Assembly (NCBI RefSeq): GCF_006345805.1
Contig: NC_043008.1
Span: 59,458,001-59,522,000, forward strand
Length of the DNA stretch: 64,000 nucleotides
Source: Octopus sinensis
Taxonomy: Eukaryota
Direction of reading: 5' to 3'
A program made the position numbers and the translations under genes. The notes beneath the pieces are model-generated. The model made no database searches. It saw nothing but the letters and a program-made list of their open reading frames with translations, and was not told where the DNA came from. This document shows, one piece after another, positions 27,290 through 39,719 of this stretch; position 1 is the first letter of the stretch, and each line of letters opens with the position of its first letter.

Positions 27290-27485
27290 ACAGTCATTTG
27301 ACTGCAGTCAGGCTGGAGCACCACCTTGAAGGATTTTGGTCGAACAAATCTATCTCAGGACTTAATTTTTTGAAGCCAAGTACTTATTCTATCGGTCTCG
27401 TTTGGGCGAATCGCTAAGTTACGGGGACGTAAACACTCTGGTTGTCAAGCAGTGGCGGGGGACAACCACAGACACACACACATGC

Positions 27486-27527
<42 letters not shown>

Positions 27528-27680
27528 GACGGGCTTCTTTCAGTTTCCGTCTACCAAATCCACTCACAAGGATTTGGTCGGCTCGAGGCTATAGAAGACA
27601 CTTACTTAAGGTGCCATGTAGTGGGAATGAACTCGAAACAATGTGGTTGGGAAGCAAGATTCTTACAACACAGCCACACC
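27290..27680 (-). mobile_element. SINE family A
   Basis: Homology to family A copies. Confidence 0.85.
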
Positions 27681-28120
27681 TATTTTATTCGGTTCGTACT
27701 CATTCTCCTCATCAAATAGAATCATTCCGATGAACTTGGTGAAACTCTATACACACTAATACTATATACGGGCTGTAGCCACTCGATTTCGGAAATAGAG
27801 TTGGAATTTTATATTCTTCTCATGTTATCATTCGTTTGTTTTCATTTTTTTCTATTTCGTCTTCTTTTGTATTTTTTAGTTCCCCGAGCTTGTCTTTGTT
27901 TGTGTTTGTCCATGTAATATTCTTTGTATAGTCCCTTGTGGGTAATAAAGAAATTATACTATACACGGGCGTGTGTATAATTCATACTCAATTTGATAAG
28001 CTCTTTGGTAATTTCAGAAAACTCACTCTACATATCTGTCTGCTTGAAAATATATGTTATTGTTTTATTCTCAGCGAATGTTAGTGGTTTTACTTATCAA
28101 TTTTATTTATTCTGTTTTAG

Positions 28121-28304
28121 AGCAATGGATACCTTGCATTGCCCCGTCAGGGGCGATCTGATAATCAGCCTGATTACACCTGCTGCGGTATGCCTCTTAC
28201 GAAATATGTCGGTATCTGTCCCATTGGAATGGAATGTTGCCCTGGTCTGAAAAAGGTTTTACAGAAATCTGGACAAAGAACGATCTACTCTGTTTGTGTT
28301 GCAG
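28121..28304 (+). CDS. SCP: Small cardioactive peptide (SCP/sCAP) precursor, exon with mature peptide and Cys-rich associated peptide
   Basis: Acceptor ttctgttttag|AGC and donor GCAG|gtaaat. Translates SNGYLALPRQ-G-R (amide-donor Gly plus monobasic cleavage site) then SDNQPDYTCCGMPLTKYVGICPIGMECCPGLKKVLQKSGQRTIYSVCVA, with the CC-C-CC-C pattern of molluscan SCP precursors. Confidence 0.95.
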
Positions 28305-28846
28305 GTAAATTATTCTCTTTGTTTCTTCTTGTTTCTATGTGCTTATAATTTAAAGTACCCTGGCCTCCATATATCTTGTGATGCCACAAATCTGCATCTA
28401 GAACGTTCTCTCCAACATGAAGCTCTGGCAAATACGTTACCCAGACCTTTATGTTGGAGAAGAACGTTATTCATATTTCATGAAAGACTAGATGTTTCCC
28501 ATGCAAGCTTGTTTCCCCGCCTCATCACTACCAATTTCAGAGGATCAGCCTTGTCACACTGTCTCACGTTAAGGGTACACGTGTCTGTGGAGTGCTCAGC
28601 CACTTGCACGTTAACTTCACAAGCAGGCTGTTCCGTTGATCATCGTCATAACTGACGGAGGGCCATTACTTTATATGTGAGACAAGGTAAAAATTACTTC
28701 GTCGAGATCTGAAATTAGAGTACGAATTCGTCACTTCGTATATGACCTCTTAATAAGTGTAATACAAGGTGGTGAATTGTCATTCCGTGTCCAAATCTCA
28801 CCGAGGCTAACTTTGCCTTTCTTCATAAAGTACCAGCTTAGGGGGT

Positions 28847-29165
28847 GAAGGCGCGTGGCTTAGTGGTTAGGGGCATTCGGCTCATGATCGTAAGGTCGTG
28901 AGTTCAATTCCCGGTGGCGCGTTGTGTCCTTGAGCAAGAGACTTTATTTCACGTTGCTCCAGTCCAATCAGATGGCAAAAATGAGTAGTACTTGTATTTC
29001 AAAGGGCCAGCCTTGTCACACAGTGTCACGCTGAATCTTCCTGAGAACTACGTTAAGAGTACACATGTTTGTGGAGTGCTCAGTCACTTGCACGTTAATT
29101 TCACGAGCAAGCTGTTCCGTTGATCGTATCAGCTGGGACCCTCATCGTCGTAACCAACGGAGTGC
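28847..29165 (+). mobile_element. CORE-type SINE, D head with tail E
   Basis: D head and core followed by ...GTCGTAACCAACGGAGTG tail; a tail-only fragment lies at ~28540-28660. Confidence 0.85.
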
Positions 29166-29480
29166 TATATATATATATATATATATACACCTTCTAAGAC
29201 GTGGGACATTGAATAGGTTTGTTTGTATTGCACGCTAAAATCAACAGGTAGCGTCGTATTTTATGACTGTTGGAATATTTATCATTATGACCAAGAGACT
29301 TAAATGTACCGCTTCCACAATGTCCTAGTCTGTATAGACCTGCACTGCTGTTGATTAATCTAAAGTCATGTCAAATAGGGAATAGTGTAGGTATGATTTA
29401 AGGGATCTTTGACTTCTATTTCTAACAGACCCAGTGTCTACGTAGACGGTCCTTTATAGTCTTGTATATCATGCGACTGT

Positions 29481-29738
29481 GGAGGTGCATGGCTTAGTGG
29501 TTAGGGTGTCAGCATCATGATCGTAAGATTGCGGTTTCGATTCCTGGACCGGACGACGCGTTGTCTTCTTGAGCAAAACACTTCATTTCACGTTGCTCCA
29601 GTCCACTCGGCTGGCAAAAATGAGTAACACTGCGATGGACTGGCGTCCCGTCCAGCGGGTGAACACATACGCCATTGAAACCAGGAAACCGGGCCCATGA
29701 GCCTGGCTAGGCTTTAAAAGGGCGCATTTAATTATTAT
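29481..29738 (+). mobile_element. CORE-type SINE family D with V-like tail
   Basis: 14-bp TSD TATATCATGCGACT; tRNA head plus TTGAGCAAAACACTTCATTTCACGTTGCTCC core. Confidence 0.92.
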
Positions 29739-30619
29739 TATATCATGCGACTATCACGTCTGTGTTAAATTTTGTATCAGTTTTTAGGTCAGCGCCATTC
29801 GAGAATACCTCTGTCCAAAAGTAATAAATGGTAATTCTATACGCCAACTATGGATTAATTACACTTTTATCTAATTAGGATTTCAATTAATCATTAAAGG
29901 TGAATGTGTCATCTGATTTAGTACATAACTTAGATCTATTTTCCAACAGTCGGGTTAATGGTCCTTCCGCCTCAAAATTAACGCTTCTCAGTCTTTCGTT
30001 TCAAAAAGACCCAGTAGTTTCACCTATCTTCTAAAACAAAAAAAAAGCTCTTTTCTGTTGCCTTCCATTAAGTATTGGCTAATTCTTGTCTTATTCTAAC
30101 ACGATGTTAATTTCTCTCTTCTGTAATAATTATTTCTAATCTAGGCACAAGGCCTTGAAAATTTGGAGGGGAAGGGACCAGTCGATTACATCAACCCCAG
30201 TGTGTAACTGGTACTTATTTCATTGCCCCCCCCCCACCAAATGGATGAAAGGCAAAGTCGACCTCAGAACGTAGTGGCAGACGAAATACCTATTTCTTTA
30301 CTACCCGCAAGGTGCTAAACATAGAGGGGACAGACAAACGGATTAAGTCGATTATATCGACCCCAGTGCGTAACTGGTGCTTAATTTATCGACCCCGAAA
30401 GGATGAAAGGCAAAGTCGACCTCGGCGGATCCTGACTATGTTCTCGAAACCACGCCAGAGCTGTTTAACTAAAATGAGCTGAATGATTTGGTTCGAGACT
30501 TAAAAGGGTAGCTAACTAAGAAAAAGTATGGTTATTTCCAGATTCAACGCCCTCAAATTAGCTAAAGAAACTTGTTTGGTGTCTCGACACCATTTCAAAT
30601 TTTTTTCTTGTTGACCAGT

Positions 30620-31010
30620 GCTATTCTTACATTAGTTGTGCAACGTGGACTACAGCCATGCTGTGGCACCGCCTTGAAGGCGTTTGATCGAAAGATTCAC
30701 CCGCGTACTCACGTTTTTAAGTCTCGCACTTATTCTATCGTTCCCTATTACCGAACCGCTAAGTTACAGGGACGCAAACAAATTAATTCCAGTGTTGAAG
30801 TGTGGGCGGGTGATAAATACATACAGATACATATATATATATACACGACGGGCTTCCACACAATTTCCGTCCATTAAATTCACTCACAATGCATTGGATG
30901 GCCAGGGACTTTAGAAGAAGACACTTGCTCAAGGTACTGTGCAGCGGGATTAAACCCAAATCCAAAGGTTGCAAAGCGAGCCTTTTAACCATACAGCCAT
31001 GCCTGCACCT
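30620..31010 (-). mobile_element. SINE family A, diverged
   Basis: Homology to family A copies. Confidence 0.8.
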
Positions 31011-31382
31011 GTAATATTATGTTAGCACAACATAGCGTTAAAAATATTTAAAACAATTCCAGGCACAAAATCGGAGAACCTCTTAAACACGGTAGCGTAT
31101 CGACATTTGTAGTATAAAATATCAAAAGTTTGTATAGGTTTTTATATCATGTGGTAGCGGTGAACTTAAATGTTTCGGATAGAGATCTTCAGAAGAAGAA
31201 AATTTATATCAGATTCTCATACCTTATTAAAATAACCCGAGGCTAAGATTTCACTGCAAATATGCAAAAAAAAAAGAAATTGTTGTATAAGATGCATTGT
31301 GTAAGGTCAATTCAGAAAACCGCGACATTGTACTACTGAGATTTAAACCACTAAATGAAGTTCCGTTATTTTGATATTGCAG

Positions 31383-31393
31383 ATGCTTACTGA
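31383..31393 (+). CDS. SCP: SCP precursor, last coding exon (D-A-Y-stop) followed by 3' UTR
   Basis: Acceptor ttattttgatattgcag|AT GCT TAC TGA. The phase-1 join to the previous exon gives ...SVCVADAY*, resembling the short C-terminus I recall for cephalopod SCP precursors. Confidence 0.75.
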
Positions 31394-31889
31394 AATCTTC
31401 ATCACACAATCTTGAAATGGAAGGAAGTTGAACGAATCAAATGGTGTGGAAGAAATTCAAAAAAAGACACTACGCCAAATACGGGTTTGAGAGTTGCCTA
31501 AACAAGAAGTCTACCCTACTTGGTCATCACGACAATTAGTTCTAATTATGTTCTTGTAAAGTTTAACGATGATTAAAATATAATTAAAAACAAAATCGAT
31601 TTCGTGTGATTTGTTTTATTGCATTTTTTCGTTTGAAATCATCACCAGTTTCTCAGTTTCTGTAGCTATCTCTCACACAAGCACTTAATCTCCGCTCAAA
31701 CAAACCCATCCTGTTTTCTCTCATATACTCAAGCTCTCTTAATCAGCCGAAATTACGAGGATGATCCGGTTCTTGACTGAAGATTGAAGGCTTCAAATGT
31801 CCCGTCCGTGTTTTTTTGTATCGTCTCCTAAATGTTTTGCATTCTTGTCCCAGTTTGTATTTTTATACATTATATATATATATATGTAT

Positions 31890-31944
<55 letters not shown>

Positions 31945-32413
31945 TATATATATTTCTTCCCTACCAAGAAGTCACAACGACCTCGAACCCTACAAGTTAT
32001 TTCTTTATTACCCACTAGGGGCGAACATAGATGGGACAATACAATCTGATGATGGGGTCAGACACACGAATGGGTTTTACAAAAAAGCGAATTATAAAAA
32101 TTTACAGAAATTTACAAAAATAGCAAGGAATCGAATGTTGGAACAGACCGGAAGACATTACGGGTAGAGTGGGTGCGGGCTCGAACCCCACAAGTGTGAC
32201 ATAGATAGGCAGAAACAAGGAAAATGCCACTTATATTTGAACACTATGCAAATATTCTTTTGAAAAACTTTTTTAATTTTTCCAAAATTTGTTTTCCATA
32301 ATTACAGATGAAAAAGTCTGAATGACTGAAACCGCTACTGAAATGTTTTTTATAAAATTATTTTAGCATTTTCTATCTTGACTTTCTTTTTATACATATA
32401 TATATACACGCTC

Positions 32414-32522
32414 ACGAGAGGGCGCTGAAAAGTTCCTGACTCTGAGTAAAAGAAAATACAGGTTAATTATCATTTTATTCAACATATCTCCCTCTCAGAT
32501 TCACACACTTATAGCAGCGGTC
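32414..32522. mobile_element. mariner-derived MITE fragment
   Basis: ACGAGAGGGCGCTGAAAAGTTCCTG start followed by the shared internal sequence. Confidence 0.6.
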
Positions 32523-33218
32523 TCTCATAAATAAGTGAGGGTACAATTTCTCCTAGTGCGCATCCATCCGAGGTAAAAAAAAAAATCAGCAATGCATAAA
32601 TATATCATACCTGATAATTAATGTAGCCGGTCCGTAGATCTACGATTTAAAAACTTAATAAAGTTGCTTCATTTCTCTTTCTTTTCCTGCTGTGTCAGCT
32701 AAGGATTTGTTTTATATTGTTTCCTGCGAATAACAGGTTAAATGATGAAATACACGAAGCTGAGGTGTGTGTTAGTTATAGAGGAAGGAGTGAAAATATT
32801 GACGTAGAGCAGAATTTGGACTCAGGACGTAAAGTGAAGTAATTAAATTCAACAAGATATTTGATCAGCGGCTATACAAATTCCACGAATCTTTTGGTAT
32901 TTTTGACCTAATACATTACTAGAAAACTCACTCGCTGTTATGCTGCGGAAACATTTATAGAATTGATTTGCTTCTAGCAAGATGTTGCGTGAACACGACG
33001 AATGATAACGAAGCAACGAACTTTATTAATCCTCTCAAATTTATAATATGAAACTAACTTCAATTCTTAGTTTATTTACAAAACTTTAATTATAAACTAT
33101 TTAGTCATGCAACAAACTGCAACTCCCCCAAAATTCCTGGCCTTGTTCCAAAATTTGAAAGCATTATTACTATCATCTTAATGCAATTTATTGTAATATC
33201 TTTGGCACTACTTGAAAA

Positions 33219-33388
33219 CAGAGGTCCCGGTGTATCTACGTAACGAAATGAAGGGGAGGAAATCTAGTTTTACCAAAACTACGGTTAAGGTTTTAGGGTT
33301 AGTTGTTAGGGTTATGTGAAGTCATTAGTTTCGGTAAAACTAAATTACTTCCCCTTTATATCTTTACATCGATGCGCCGGGACCTCTG
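33219..33388. mobile_element. 170-bp fold-back MITE
   Basis: ~63-bp imperfect TIRs (CAGAGGTCCCGG...) around a short TTAGGG-like spacer; no clear TSD. Confidence 0.75.
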
Positions 33389-35810
33389 TATTTAAGTAAT
33401 ATCATATCTTTATCTATTCTGTAAGGATGGCACATATAATAAGCGCGCTTAGCAATAATTAATGTCGGTGATTAGATCAATAGCCGTGTTCGAATCCTAC
33501 CAGTTAGCTTCGACATTGTATTTTTATCTCATCGTTTATCTGTAGGAAATATTTACTATGTTCACTTCAATACACTCCAGCTATTTCAACACATCATCAG
33601 TGTTTGTATGTAGGTACAATTTATATTATGCAATTAAAAATTTATACAAGGTCAATGGGTCACCAACTGACCGAGGTACACCAGAACCCAAGTAATGTAT
33701 CAGTTGAAATGACAAAATCAATAACAGGACTTTTCGCTTTAGTAAATAGGATGAAACAAAGGATCACAATGTCAGTAAACAGGTTGCGGCATCAAAGCGA
33801 CGAAAATATTTTGGCAAAATAAATTTAAATGTTGAAGTGATTCTAACGGTTTTTGAGTGTTTCTTAAATGGTTTATAAACACCTTCCACGCTGTAATTGT
33901 TTTCGTTCCGGCACACGATTAGTTGCTGGTCACTTGTTTAAAGCCAAACGTTTAGAAAAAAAATATATAATTGTTGTCAACCTTGCTTTATTAACAGTGT
34001 TTCTGTATAACAAAAGTTTGAAAAACACGTTTTTCGCGACCATCGATGACTAATTTTTTAGAGCCCAAGCTGGTCACACTTTGCTCAACGCTCTAAATCA
34101 AACAAATATTAATATTGTACTAAATTTGATAAAATAATTAAATGAAAGACATGTGTTTGTACATTGATATAAATGATACAAGTTAATTAATACTGTACTG
34201 TGAAAGAAACTAGTCTGGCGGCTGCGGGAATTTAAAGTTCCTGCTCGTAAATTAGAGCAGATTATAAGAGGATTCGGACCATCAGTTTTCTTGAAGTCGG
34301 TGTTGTGTCTGTACTGAGTATGGATATATTTTAAATTACACAAATCTATATTTAATACACAACACATCGTGACTCAGGGAATCTTTTTAGATTCGTTTAA
34401 ACACTGCAAAACATTGTTTGGACTAAATAAGGATGTAAACTTATACGATCTTTACTATTTTCTTCTACATCAGTAGCTAAAATGAAGAATGTTTCTACAC
34501 TTTTATTTAAATCGAAATGAGGCTTTGCAACCCTAAGATTATATTTTTAAAATCTACGGTTCACCTACATGCCTTTTTTTTTTTTATTATTATACACCAA
34601 ATGAGAACCTATCACATGGAGGGTATCCTGTTGGCTTGTTGTTAAAAATTTTTAACCAAATGGAAATTGAAATTAGATTCTTTGGTCCAATCTCTGAAAA
34701 ATTACCATCGAGCAAAAAAATGTAGAAAACCAGAAAAAAATTTACAATGGTAATTGTTATGAGTGAGTTTAGCAATTTTAAATAAATTTACGATGGTGAT
34801 TGTTGAGTTTAGTAATTTTAAATAAAGCAATAATAATAGAAAAAATATTTCAATGAGGAGGAGAACTTTCTAACAGAACATCGATTGCCGAGTGATGGCA
34901 TGTCGAGAAAAATAACTAAATTGTGTATATCTTCATTGTTATTTCAGTAGGCTAAAACTTTTGGTATAGTTGCATGTAAAAGATCCTAACAGTGCTAGAT
35001 CAATTTTGAGACATATTACATAAACAAGCTTTCGTGATATTCCGATAACGCAGTCACTCATAGGATTCATGGTTCTTTAGTGCAGGCACATTTTAATTAG
35101 TACTGCTTAATTGAAGAGCAGAGCGACGAACAATATGTCCTAATCGTTGACTTCTAAGGTTTGTCTTGAAATGCTGATGAGGTCTTCTTTGCCTTTCATC
35201 CTTCTGAGATTAATAAAGTAACCATTCAGGAACTAAGGTCTATCTTAACAATAACCTATCCAAGATGTGATGCGGTATGTTTATATCAGAAATAATTATT
35301 ATAGCTAGCGTTATTTCTGCTACTTTAATACTGGTAATATCATATCATTTCCAGTTTAGTCAATCTAAAACAGAAGTATGGATAAAAAAGAAAGTAAAAC
35401 ATAAAATCCTATATAAGATTCGAACATGAAATACCGCAGTTACGAGGACCAAAATCGTTTCGTTCAGGTTCACGATTCTAAAGCTATATTGCAATCATTC
35501 AATTTTATGCATACATGCATAAAATTAACCCGAAACATATAAATGAATTTAAAATCTGGTTGCTTAAATTCAAGTAATATTGATCAACCTGGGATCGAAG
35601 ACTTTCTAGCTATGACCGTCCCCTTTTTCAAGTACCAAAGACTACATTACCTAATGTTCCTACCTTTTTAGACTGCATGGTGTGATTATTTGAAGGGTGG
35701 GGGTATTGCTGCTATTTCTCGCAGGCCAAAAGACTACGTAAAGGCTTCCTTGTTTTCTTGAAGATATTATAGAAAAGTGTAATCAGTCAGTCCTTTCACA
35801 TTGGCAGGAA

Positions 35811-36189
35811 TTCATCTCCGGACGAGGGCTGGTGAACTACTTCGCTGCCCATCTTGCCAGCAAGATCCGTCTGGAGAGGAAGAACCTGCTGCAAAGAGTA
35901 TTTGAGAAAAAAATGGTCGGAAGTCGTAAGAAAGATGAGAATGCAAGGAGCCGTGCTTGCACGGCCGATCCAAGCATAAAAGGAAGGAAACGTCTAATAA
36001 AAGGGATAATCAGTCGGCGGGTTAACTCATTAATCCGGAAACCCACCCATCATACATAATTTAAAAACTCCATCCGTTAATTTTAGTGTAAATACATCCG
36101 TTTCCTCATTATATTTTTAAGAATGTCTGTCCCCTAAATGTCCTTGTGATGTCCCCTCTATGTAAACCATTTTGGTTTAATAAAGAAAA
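35811..36189 (+). mobile_element. 5'-truncated L1/Tx1-type LINE 3' end
   Basis: 19-bp TSD CCTTTCACATT(G/A)GCAGGAA (35792-35810, 36190-36208); FISGRGLVNYFAAHLASKIRLERK is the same ORF2 C-terminus type as at 49.1 kb; AATAAA plus short A tail. Confidence 0.85.
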
Positions 36190-37258
36190 CCTTTCACATT
36201 AGCAGGAAACAAAATTGAATTCTGAGGTCATTACTGTTGCGGAAATTTACCCACATACAATAATAAATGACAACTTGCTAATTAGGTAGAGTGTCATATA
36301 TAAGAAGTTGAGTGGTTTCGAGGTAAAATGGAAGCTGGTTTGTGTTATTAACTTCTATGCAGTATACTTCTTTATCAACTTAATTTGTCACGTAAGTTTT
36401 TATAGACAAAATGTCTTACAATAATAAAAGGGGCGAAAAAAAATTAACTTTATTTGCCCGTTTTATAAACGTGTTTGCTAGCGACGTAGATGCAATCACT
36501 GTGAATTGAAACCTTAACAATAGCTGCTAAACTATATTTTAATAGTTAATAATACGTAACATGCAAAGCTTTTGTAAACAAAAAAGGATCTTCACAAAAT
36601 TTTGCATCAATACTGATGTACTCATTTTTCAATGGTTCTCAGTGACCGAAGGTAGAATTGTTTTATGAAGGATCGAATTTATGGAAGCGAAATGAAGCAG
36701 CCTCGTTTTCAAATATTCAGTGTTGAATTAATATTTTCATAACTTCCTTATATAGGACTAGTCTCTTTTTTTAATTTTGTTCACTAATAATTTACTTGCA
36801 TCACATCATTTATCAACTCTTGTAAGAGAATTTTCAATTAAGTTTGCTTTGTTTCACATTTACCACTTATATAATTATTACATAAACTTGCGTGTTAGGA
36901 AATGTATTCCAGTTTTTTGTTATTGAAAAGTGGAACTTGAATGATTTAAAAATAATCTGATGTTTATTTTAATTTCAAATTACTTAAAACGCGTTAATTC
37001 AAACCCCAATTTGAGGATGGCGGCTATTTCTAAAAAGCTTTCCCTCAAAAATAGGAAAACTGCAGAGGCCTAACATAAATTCACAGACCTCATGTATTTT
37101 AGTTAAAACTAATTTAGTTTCGCTTCACAGTTACGAATCTACTGCTAATTGTTTTGTGTGTGAAGACACTAACTTCAGTGCATCATATTTCATCTCGTAT
37201 CGAGACAACACCTAAGACTGCTCCCAGCAAAAACTGTTTGCAATACGAATCCGTAAAA

Positions 37259-38878
37259 ATGAACTCACCACGGGGACAAACAAACGAAAATATTAGAGAT
37301 AAATCTCAAGCTGATTCTAAAAAGAATATTAAAACTGAATCCCCTGACAAAGACTCGCAGACTAATTTGTCTGGTGTTAAAAATCCAACTGAGACCAAAC
37401 CAATTTCGGCAAAACGTCGGGATGCTTCAAGCAATAAAATGAGTTTACTAGAACGTTCTTCTGGAAGTGATTGCGAACCGATACCTGAACATCGACGGCC
37501 GCAATATTATGAAGGGCGAATGGTAGGTTCCTTTCCAGGTAAGTCTTATAAAACATCGAATCTTAACCAAGAGTTATCTTCCAAAATGTGCTCGGTATAT
37601 TACCGTTCACCTGTTCCTTGTTCGGGTGAAAATACAAAACTAATTTCTTACCAAAAAGAACGAAGAAAATCAGGAACTTCTAATATCCGCGAATCTGAAA
37701 CACAAACAGAAGCATCTTCGTTTTCCATCGTGAATACACCAAAAATCAAAACACAAAACGCTTCAACCCAAACATGTTTCTGGACGAGAGATCGTTTTAC
37801 ACAAACCCCGTTTTATCTCCCGACTGAACGTGAGGCTGTTGCAAAGCCATGCTCGGTTACAAATGTAGACTATCCTGCTATCAATATAATACCTGTACAA
37901 TCGGCGCTAAAAAAAGTCGAAAAACGAGTGAGATTCGAGGAAAATTTAAATGAAGAAATACTGACATGGACTCACGTGTATAATGAACCACTGAGAAAAA
38001 CACCTTTGTCGTGGTCAGGTTTTGATGAATTCTGCGAAGAAACCAAAAGCAGAAAAGCAAATAATCCAAAAGACATGCATTGTAATAATGTTGAAATTAG
38101 ATCTGATAATCCATTGACAGATATTTGTCCGAATCCAGAAATCGGTTTAATGGGTGCGCTCGGATTAACTCAAAACCTGAATAAGAATACAACATTATCT
38201 AATAGTAACCAAAATCTACGTTTCCAAGAATTTGATAAAAAGGATGTTGCTCATGGAACAAATGAAAATACGAGCATTGAAGGGTGTCAATCGAAGCGAG
38301 TTAAATCTTGTTTGAAAAAAGGTCCCTCTAAGACTATACATTATCTTGATCAAAGATCTCCGCATTGTATTAAAATTCTGACAAAGGAGAATTTTGATGG
38401 AATATGCGAAGAATCGATTATTAATACAGTTCCTGTCACGAGCCTCAACCAAATTCTATCTGCGAACAAGGATACAGTACTTGAAAAGGGTTTGCATATC
38501 CCGCTTGAACGTCAGCAACTTGATACGAAAACTAGTGTTGAGCGTCAGGATAATACTAAAATGTTACAAATTGGGAAATTTAAGATTTCCATTTCTGATG
38601 TTCTCCCTAGATATCGATCAGTCAGCAACGAGTTAATTCGTACTTCAGCTGAAATAGCTGAAACCATCGGAGTTAAATCTGCATCTCGAATCGCAATTGG
38701 ATGCAATTATCTACTAAAACCGAGTGAGGAAGTTATCATTTTCTACAGTGGATACAGCAACGATCTTCATTGTGTAACAACCGATATATGGAATCGGACG
38801 GTGAAATTATACTCGCATGATAATATCACATTATCTACAGTTATAAATGTAAGTCGTTTCATCTTGAATATTTCATAA
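37259..38878 (+). CDS. Uncharacterised 539-aa protein from the first ATG (frame open from 37118; probable splice acceptor at 37130). Mostly low-complexity/disordered, with TQT and PP1-docking-like motifs
   Basis: By far the longest stop-free frame in an AT-rich window, non-repetitive. Acceptor-like tttcgcttcacag|TT precedes it in frame, so the true N-terminus may lie in an upstream exon. No transposase, RT or endonuclease motifs recognised. Confidence 0.8.
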   Translation: MNSPRGQTNENIRDKSQADSKKNIKTESPDKDSQTNLSGVKNPTETKPISAKRRDASSNKMSLLERSSGSDCEPIPEHRRPQYYEGRMVGSFPGKSYKTSNLNQELSSKMCSVYYRSPVPCSGENTKLISYQKERRKSGTSNIRESETQTEASSFSIVNTPKIKTQNASTQTCFWTRDRFTQTPFYLPTEREAVAKPCSVTNVDYPAINIIPVQSALKKVEKRVRFEENLNEEILTWTHVYNEPLRKTPLSWSGFDEFCEETKSRKANNPKDMHCNNVEIRSDNPLTDICPNPEIGLMGALGLTQNLNKNTTLSNSNQNLRFQEFDKKDVAHGTNENTSIEGCQSKRVKSCLKKGPSKTIHYLDQRSPHCIKILTKENFDGICEESIINTVPVTSLNQILSANKDTVLEKGLHIPLERQQLDTKTSVERQDNTKMLQIGKFKISISDVLPRYRSVSNELIRTSAEIAETIGVKSASRIAIGCNYLLKPSEEVIIFYSGYSNDLHCVTTDIWNRTVKLYSHDNITLSTVINVSRFILNIS

Positions 38879-38884
38879 TCTTCT

Positions 38885-39307
38885 GGATTTTTTCGGTTTG
38901 AACGGCAGTTTTTTCTAGCGGTATCATATGAAATTGTCACCCATAATTATGACTCTAGTATCGTTCTATTGCATTTCAATCTGTTTTAGGGTTAGGGTTA
39001 GTTAGGGGTGGGGGAAGGGTATCTTTTTTTCTTCACAAATGTAAATAAACCCAATCTGTTTCTTAAACGTGGGACATATGCATACGGCACAGAATGTTTT
39101 TTTTTGCCTCAATAGACGTCACTGATTGGTTGAAATTGCAAAAATTGAAGAAAAAAAACAACAAATATCTTACAAACTATAGAATTTTCTCAATAAAGCC
39201 AAGAGAAAAAGATGTTTTATGAACACATTATACCAGTATACGAAGTTTAAAATTTTTTAGTTACCTAGAAATTACGTTAAAAACTGCCGTTCAAACCGAA
39301 AAGATCC
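38885..39307. mobile_element. MITE with ~29-bp TIRs (GGATCTTTTCGGTTTGAACGGCAGTTTTT) and 8-bp TSD
   Basis: TIRs at both ends; TSD AATCTTCT/AATTTTCT (1 mismatch); internal TTAGGG repeats. GG termini with an 8-bp TSD suggest a Merlin- or MULE-like origin (inference). Confidence 0.9.
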
Positions 39308-39719
39308 AATTTTCTTTACCAGACAGGCAAAACGAATGGGGACTAGTATATATTATTAGACACTAATGTATTATTCTCTATATTAGTATATTATTTGTTT
39401 TTATCAACTTCGAAATCGATGAAAAACAATTGACTTCGAACAGATTTTAACTATATAGCGGTGTACAGCATTTCATGGAGCTGTCTTTTGCTAAACCCTT
39501 TGATTTTATCGATGCAGATCGGACTTCTCGCACCAGTCATATATTTAGGGGGCCAGTAATATCGATTATGCTTATCCTCCAAATAATTAAGCTTTGGGAG
39601 TCAGTGGTTTACTTGCCCTCGATGAGAGGAGGTCTTTGTCTAGGATGCTGCAGATTTTAAATTGTCAGATTTTGAAAGTAAGCGAAATGAGGTACGAAAC
39701 TACATATTCACTGATATAT

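Noticed and set aside
27993-28120. SENSLYISVCL...SAN upstream of the SCP exon, resembling a leader
   Set aside because: It is out of frame with the peptide; joining would need an implausible ~42-nt intron with a weak donor.
33604-33822. 72-aa non-repetitive ORF as an upstream exon of the orphan gene
   Set aside because: No recognisable homology and weak splice signals; the length is within chance expectation.
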